DNA of 64,000 nucleotides from Bacteroidia bacterium (GTDB lineage Bacteria; Bacteroidota; Bacteroidia; Flavobacteriales; Flavobacteriaceae). Under the pieces are notes generated by a model. That model was not told the origin of the DNA. It saw nothing but the letters and a program-made list of their open reading frames with translations, and made no database searches. The stretch lies in NCBI GenBank assembly GCA_030428865.1, contig JAUIEK010000009.1, positions 4,876 through 68,875 on the forward strand. Reading direction: 5' to 3'. Shown one piece after another: positions 58,577-64,000 of this stretch; the first letter of the stretch is position 1; the number at the start of each line of letters is the position of its first letter. Position numbers and translations under genes: made by a program.

Positions 58577-59569
58577 ATGGCAATTTTAAATTTTCAAAAG
58601 CCCGATAAAGTGATCATGATAGAATCTACAGATTTTTCTGGTAGATTTGAATTCAGACCATTAGAACCAGGATTTGGTTTAACTGTAGGAAATGCTCTAA
58701 GAAGAGTGTTATTATCTTCTTTAGAAGGTTTTGCTATTACTTCATTACGAATTGATGGAGTAGAGCATGAGTTTTCTACTATAAGTGGTATTGTAGAAGA
58801 TGTTACAGAAATTATTCTTAACCTTAAGCAAGTTCGCTTTAAAAAGCAAATTGAAGATTCTGATAGAGAAACAATATCGTTAGCAGTATCAGGACAGGAA
58901 CAATTAACAGCGGGAGATCTTCAGAAATTTATTTCTGGATTTCAAGTATTAAATCCAGAGTTAGTAATCTGTAATATGGATAGTTCTGTAAAGTTAAATA
59001 TGGAGATTACTATTGAAAAAGGTAGAGGATTTGTTCCTGCAGAAGAAAACAAAAAATCAGGTGCGCCAATTGGTACAATTTTTACCGATTCTATTTACAC
59101 GCCTATAAAGAATGTAAAGTACGCTATCGAGAATTTCCGTGTAGAGCAAAAAACAGATTACGAGAAATTAGTTTTTGATATTGATACAGATGGATCTATA
59201 CACCCAAAAGATGCATTAACAGAGGCTGCAAAAATATTAATTCACCACTTTATGTTGTTTTCTGATGAGAGAATTACGTTAGAGGCTGATGAAATTGCAC
59301 AAACTGAAACATATGATGAAGAATCATTGCATATGCGTCAGTTATTAAAAACTAGATTAATTGATATGGATCTTTCTGTAAGAGCTTTAAACTGTTTAAA
59401 AGCGGCAGAAGTAGATACATTAGGAGATTTAGTTTCTTTTAACAAAAGTGATTTAATGAAATTCAGAAACTTTGGTAAGAAGTCATTAACAGAATTAGAA
59501 GAGTTAGTGAACGTTAAAGGATTAAGTTTTGGAATGGACTTAGGTAAATATAAATTAGATAGAGATTAA
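58577..59569 (+). CDS. rpoA: DNA-directed RNA polymerase subunit alpha
   Basis: RpoA N-terminal and C-terminal domains. 330 aa. Confidence 0.97.
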   Translation: MAILNFQKPDKVIMIESTDFSGRFEFRPLEPGFGLTVGNALRRVLLSSLEGFAITSLRIDGVEHEFSTISGIVEDVTEIILNLKQVRFKKQIEDSDRETISLAVSGQEQLTAGDLQKFISGFQVLNPELVICNMDSSVKLNMEITIEKGRGFVPAEENKKSGAPIGTIFTDSIYTPIKNVKYAIENFRVEQKTDYEKLVFDIDTDGSIHPKDALTEAAKILIHHFMLFSDERITLEADEIAQTETYDEESLHMRQLLKTRLIDMDLSVRALNCLKAAEVDTLGDLVSFNKSDLMKFRNFGKKSLTELEELVNVKGLSFGMDLGKYKLDRD

Positions 59570-59647
59570 TAAAAAATGAACCCTTCCATATTTTGCTCTT
59601 CAGCAAAGTTTGAATTGTAGCAAGATGGAAGCTAAAACAAAACGGTC

Positions 59648-60148
59648 ATGAGACACGGAAAAAAGTTCAATCATTTAGGAAGAAAGTCGGCACATAGAAA
59701 GGCTATGTTGGCAAATATGGCTTGTTCTTTAATAGAGCATAAAAGAATCAATACAACTGAAGCCAAAGCAAAAGCTTTACGTCAGTATGTTGAACCATTA
59801 ATCACAAAATCAAAAAGTGATACAACACACAACAGAAGAGTTGTCTTTAGCTATTTGAAAAACAAATATGCTGTAACAGAGTTGTTTAAAGAAATTTCTG
59901 TAAAAGTAGGTGACAGACCAGGAGGGTATGTTCGTATTATCAAGTTAGGAAATCGTCAAGGAGATAACGCTTCTATGGCAATGATAGAGTTGGTAGATTA
60001 TAATGAACTATACAATCCAAAAGGTAAGAAAGCTAAAAAGTCTACTCGTAGAGCAGGAAGAAAAAAGAAATCTGACGAAGCTCAAGCTCCTGTAAAAGAG
60101 GTAGCTGCTTCAGAAGAAAAAGAAACGGAAGGAAAATCTGAAGAATAG
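59648..60148 (+). CDS. rplQ: 50S ribosomal protein L17
   Basis: bL17 sequence ([21 protein letters not shown]...) with a Lys/Glu-rich C-terminal tail. Confidence 0.97.
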   Translation: MRHGKKFNHLGRKSAHRKAMLANMACSLIEHKRINTTEAKAKALRQYVEPLITKSKSDTTHNRRVVFSYLKNKYAVTELFKEISVKVGDRPGGYVRIIKLGNRQGDNASMAMIELVDYNELYNPKGKKAKKSTRRAGRKKKSDEAQAPVKEVAASEEKETEGKSEE

Positions 60149-60173
60149 AATGAAAATTTTCTACGTTAAATAT

Positions 60174-60207
60174 AAAAAGGATAAACAATTTTGTTTATCC
60201 TTTTTTT
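60174..60207 (+). terminator. intrinsic terminator at the end of the ribosomal protein supercluster
   Basis: Stem ggataaaca with tgtttatcc, followed by ttttttt. Confidence 0.7.
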
Positions 60208-60285
60208 GTAAATAAATTGAAGTATTTATTAGAATTTGAAATCAATCTGAATTCTTATTTTTGAAAAACCATTTTCCACACAATT

Positions 60286-61404
60286 ATGAAATATCAAAGA
60301 AGAAAAAAAGCACTTGTTTTACTAGCTGATGGAACCATTTTTTATGGTAAATCGATTGGAATAGAAGGTACTGCTACTGGAGAAATTTGTTTCAATACAG
60401 GAATGACAGGGTATCAAGAAATTTTTACAGATCCTTCATACTTTGGTCAAATTATGGTTACAGCCAATGCACATATTGGTAATTATGGAGTAAACAATAA
60501 TGAAATAGAGTCAGACGGAATTAAAATAGCAGGATTAATTGTTAGAAACTTCAGTTTTGACCATTCCAGAGTAGATTCAGACGGAAATTTGAAAGATTGG
60601 TTTGAAAAGCACAATTTGGTAGCAATATCAGATGTAGATACAAGAGCATTGGTTTCTTACATACGTGATAATGGAGCTATGAATGCTGTCATATCAACAG
60701 AGGTAGAAAATATAGAATTGTTAAAGAAGCAATTAAAGGATATTCCTAGTATGGAAGGATTGGAGTTGGCTTCTAAAGTTTCTACCAAAGAAGCTTATTT
60801 TGTTGGGGAAAAAGATGCACCTATAAAAGTTGCAGCAATAGATATTGGTATCAAAAAAAATATACTCAGAAACTTAACAAAAAGAGGCGCGTATGTAAAG
60901 GTTTTTCCTTACAATACAACATTTCAAGAAATGCAAGAATGGAATCCAGATGGCTATTTTATTTCTAACGGACCTGGAGATCCAGCACCTCTAAAAGAAG
61001 CTCAAGAAGCAGCAAAAGAGATAATTGAAAGAGATTTACCATTATTTGGTATTTGCTTAGGTCATCAAGTAATTGCACTAGCAAACGGAATTTCTACTTA
61101 TAAGATGCACAATGGTCATCGTGGAATTAACCATCCTGTTATCAATAAATTAACAGGAAAAGGAGAAATTACGTCACAAAATCACGGCTTTGCTATTAAC
61201 AGAGAAGAAACAGAAGCACATCCTGATGTAGAAATAACACATGTGCATTTAAATGATAATACGGTGGCAGGAATTCGGATGAAAAACAAAAACTGTTTTT
61301 CCGTTCAATATCATCCAGAAGCAAGTCCAGGACCTCACGATGCAGAATACCTTTTCGATCAGTTTATAGAAAACATAAAAAAGTCAAAAGAAGCGGTTGT
61401 TTAA
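60286..61404 (+). CDS. carA: carbamoyl-phosphate synthase small (glutaminase) subunit
   Basis: CPSase small-subunit N-domain plus a class I GATase with catalytic GICLGHQ. 372 aa. Confidence 0.95.
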   Translation: MKYQRRKKALVLLADGTIFYGKSIGIEGTATGEICFNTGMTGYQEIFTDPSYFGQIMVTANAHIGNYGVNNNEIESDGIKIAGLIVRNFSFDHSRVDSDGNLKDWFEKHNLVAISDVDTRALVSYIRDNGAMNAVISTEVENIELLKKQLKDIPSMEGLELASKVSTKEAYFVGEKDAPIKVAAIDIGIKKNILRNLTKRGAYVKVFPYNTTFQEMQEWNPDGYFISNGPGDPAPLKEAQEAAKEIIERDLPLFGICLGHQVIALANGISTYKMHNGHRGINHPVINKLTGKGEITSQNHGFAINREETEAHPDVEITHVHLNDNTVAGIRMKNKNCFSVQYHPEASPGPHDAEYLFDQFIENIKKSKEAVV

Positions 61405-61416
61405 CCGCTCTTTTTT
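61392..61416 (+). terminator. intrinsic terminator overlapping the carA stop codon
   Basis: Stem agcggtt with aaccgct, followed by c-tttttt. Confidence 0.55.
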
Positions 61417-61499
61417 ATAGAAAACGATTTCGTAGTTTCAATAAATAGGATAAGAATAAACGTATCATCTTTACTTAAATTAGTAATCTAAAAAATTAA

Positions 61500-62813
<1,314 letters not shown>

Positions 62814-62833
62814 TTGAGAATGGATTTTATAAA

Positions 62834-62866
62834 CAAAAAACTCATAGAAATTCTATGAGTTTTTTG
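62834..62866. terminator. bidirectional intrinsic terminator between the convergent eno and beta-barrel genes
   Basis: Stem ctcatagaa with ttctatgag, flanked by an A-run and a T-run. Confidence 0.65.
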
Positions 62867-62885
62867 TTTTCTGTTATAAGGATTT

Positions 62886-64000
62886 CTACAAATTGTATCC
62901 TATACTAATCATTATTACACGAGGTAAGATGAAAGTTTTGGTATCTGAAATTAAATATTGAGAAAAAGAATTGTTTCTTTTAAAAGCAGTATTAAATAAG
63001 TTATTTGAAAAGACTTTGTATGTCCATGCACTATTTTCTTTTTGGTATGATAAGAAAAAGTTTGCTACATCAAATCGATTTTTTTGGTTTAAGGCTCTAT
63101 TTTGATAGTCATACAAGTTGTATTCAAGTGAAAAAATAAACCCTTTAAAAAAATCGTAATCAATTTTAATAAAAGGCTCATTAGTGATGAACTTTGAAGT
63201 GTTGTTGCTAGATGTAAATTGACCTATACTTCTTTTGAATCCAACATCTATATTAGGGAAATTTTTAAATAATGTTTCCAACCCAATACTATAAGAATAA
63301 TTATTGTTTTTGTTTTCTTGCAATACATTATTTACTTCTTGTATATATTTTGAAAAGGAAGCTGATCCACTAAACTTATATCTGACTTTGTTGATTTTTT
63401 TGTGCGCACTACTTTTAAAATTCAAATTTTCATAAGGGTTGTTAAACAATTGAGGCGTAAGAAATTGATTAACCCCATCAAATTCAACAGTATTTCTTAC
63501 ACCTTTAATTTGTTTAGAGTAATCAGCACTCATGTGTATCATTAAACCACGATACAGACTAAATCTGCTGTAATACAATCTTGCGGAATGGAAGAGGTTA
63601 TTTTCCAAACGATTATTTCCTCTAAAGACAGAATTATACGATTGCAAATAGTATCTGTTAGCAAGCTTGCTAGCGTCGGAAAAAGAAGTTTGTAATTTAT
63701 AATTAAATTGAAGTTTTCTTGATTTATTAAATTCAATTTTTGCTGAAAAATCAGGTAAAACCACCCATTTATTTTGATTGAATTGGTTTTGTTGATTTAC
63801 TTTCCAACTGTAGTTATGAAAATTAACTCCTTGTTTTACTATAAAAATCCCCGTTCTAAACTTATAATGAACTCCTAAGAAAAAATCATTCAACATAAAA
63901 TCTAAATCATTTCCAAACCCATCGTTAGAAAAGTTGTTAATACTTCCATCATCTAGCTCTTGCCTATCATTGGTTGAAAAATGTTCTTGTAAATAGTTAT
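62886..64000 (-). CDS. outer-membrane beta-barrel protein (TonB-dependent-receptor-like), C-terminal part; partial at the window edge
   Basis: Composition rich in alternating aromatic and Asn/Ser beta-strands. By my translation the reading frame stays open upstream of the track Met (63896) to the end of the window. Confidence 0.55.
   Translation of the reverse strand, partial: NYLQEHFSTNDRQELDDGSINNFSNDGFGNDLDFMLNDFFLGVHYKFRTGIFIVKQGVNFHNYSWKVNQQNQFNQNKWVVLPDFSAKIEFNKSRKLQFNYKLQTSFSDASKLANRYYLQSYNSVFRGNNRLENNLFHSARLYYSRFSLYRGLMIHMSADYSKQIKGVRNTVEFDGVNQFLTPQLFNNPYENLNFKSSAHKKINKVRYKFSGSASFSKYIQEVNNVLQENKNNNYSYSIGLETLFKNFPNIDVGFKRSIGQFTSSNNTSKFITNEPFIKIDYDFFKGFIFSLEYNLYDYQNRALNQKNRFDVANFFLSYQKENSAWTYKVFSNNLFNTAFKRNNSFSQYLISDTKTFILPRVIMISIGYNL

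Noticed and set aside
42965-60148. Absence of tuf, adk and map from the str/spc region as an anomaly
   Set aside because: As far as I recall, this gene order (fusA directly followed by rpsJ, secY directly followed by infA) is common in Bacteroidota, so I do not treat it as unusual.

Overview
This is a low-GC chromosomal window from a Bacteroidota, most likely a Flavobacteriia-type organism. The evidence for that: two SusC/SusD pairs, a protein with a T9SS C-terminal sorting domain, a TTG/TAnnTTTG-type promoter upstream of rpsL, and a tmRNA encoding the tag GENNYALAA.

Layout:
- 1-3.7 kb: a co-directional array of nine small orphan genes, including a cyclic-phosphate-processing receiver-like protein. 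It abuts the 3-prime end of ssrA (tmRNA, 3754-4150, minus strand).
- 4.2-11.5 kb: housekeeping genes (kdsA, M28 peptidase, a small voltage-gated K+ channel, mpl).
- 11.5-15.7 kb: the most interesting locus. A tight minus-strand operon encodes a flavoenzyme, a PqqD(RRE)-HPr-kinase-like fusion and a Pol-beta-type nucleotidyltransferase. Just upstream lie two tandem paralogous small ORFs (51 and 56 aa) that are absent from the ORF track. I read this as a candidate uncharacterised RiPP-like peptide maturation system.
- 15.7-42.8 kb: a 990-aa T9SS cargo protein, trkH/trkA, radC, a small glycan-modification module (AsnB-like, acetyltransferase, flippase), rarA, a rhomboid protease, rlmB, two tandem SusC/SusD pairs and an Omp85-like protein.
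- 42.9-60.1 kb: the complete str/S10/spc/alpha ribosomal protein supercluster, including rpmD and rpmJ, which the ORF track misses.
- 60.3-64 kb: carA, eno and a partial outer-membrane beta-barrel gene.

I saw no rRNA, tRNA, CRISPR array, transposase or integrase. All functional calls come from motif recognition by eye; no database search was run.
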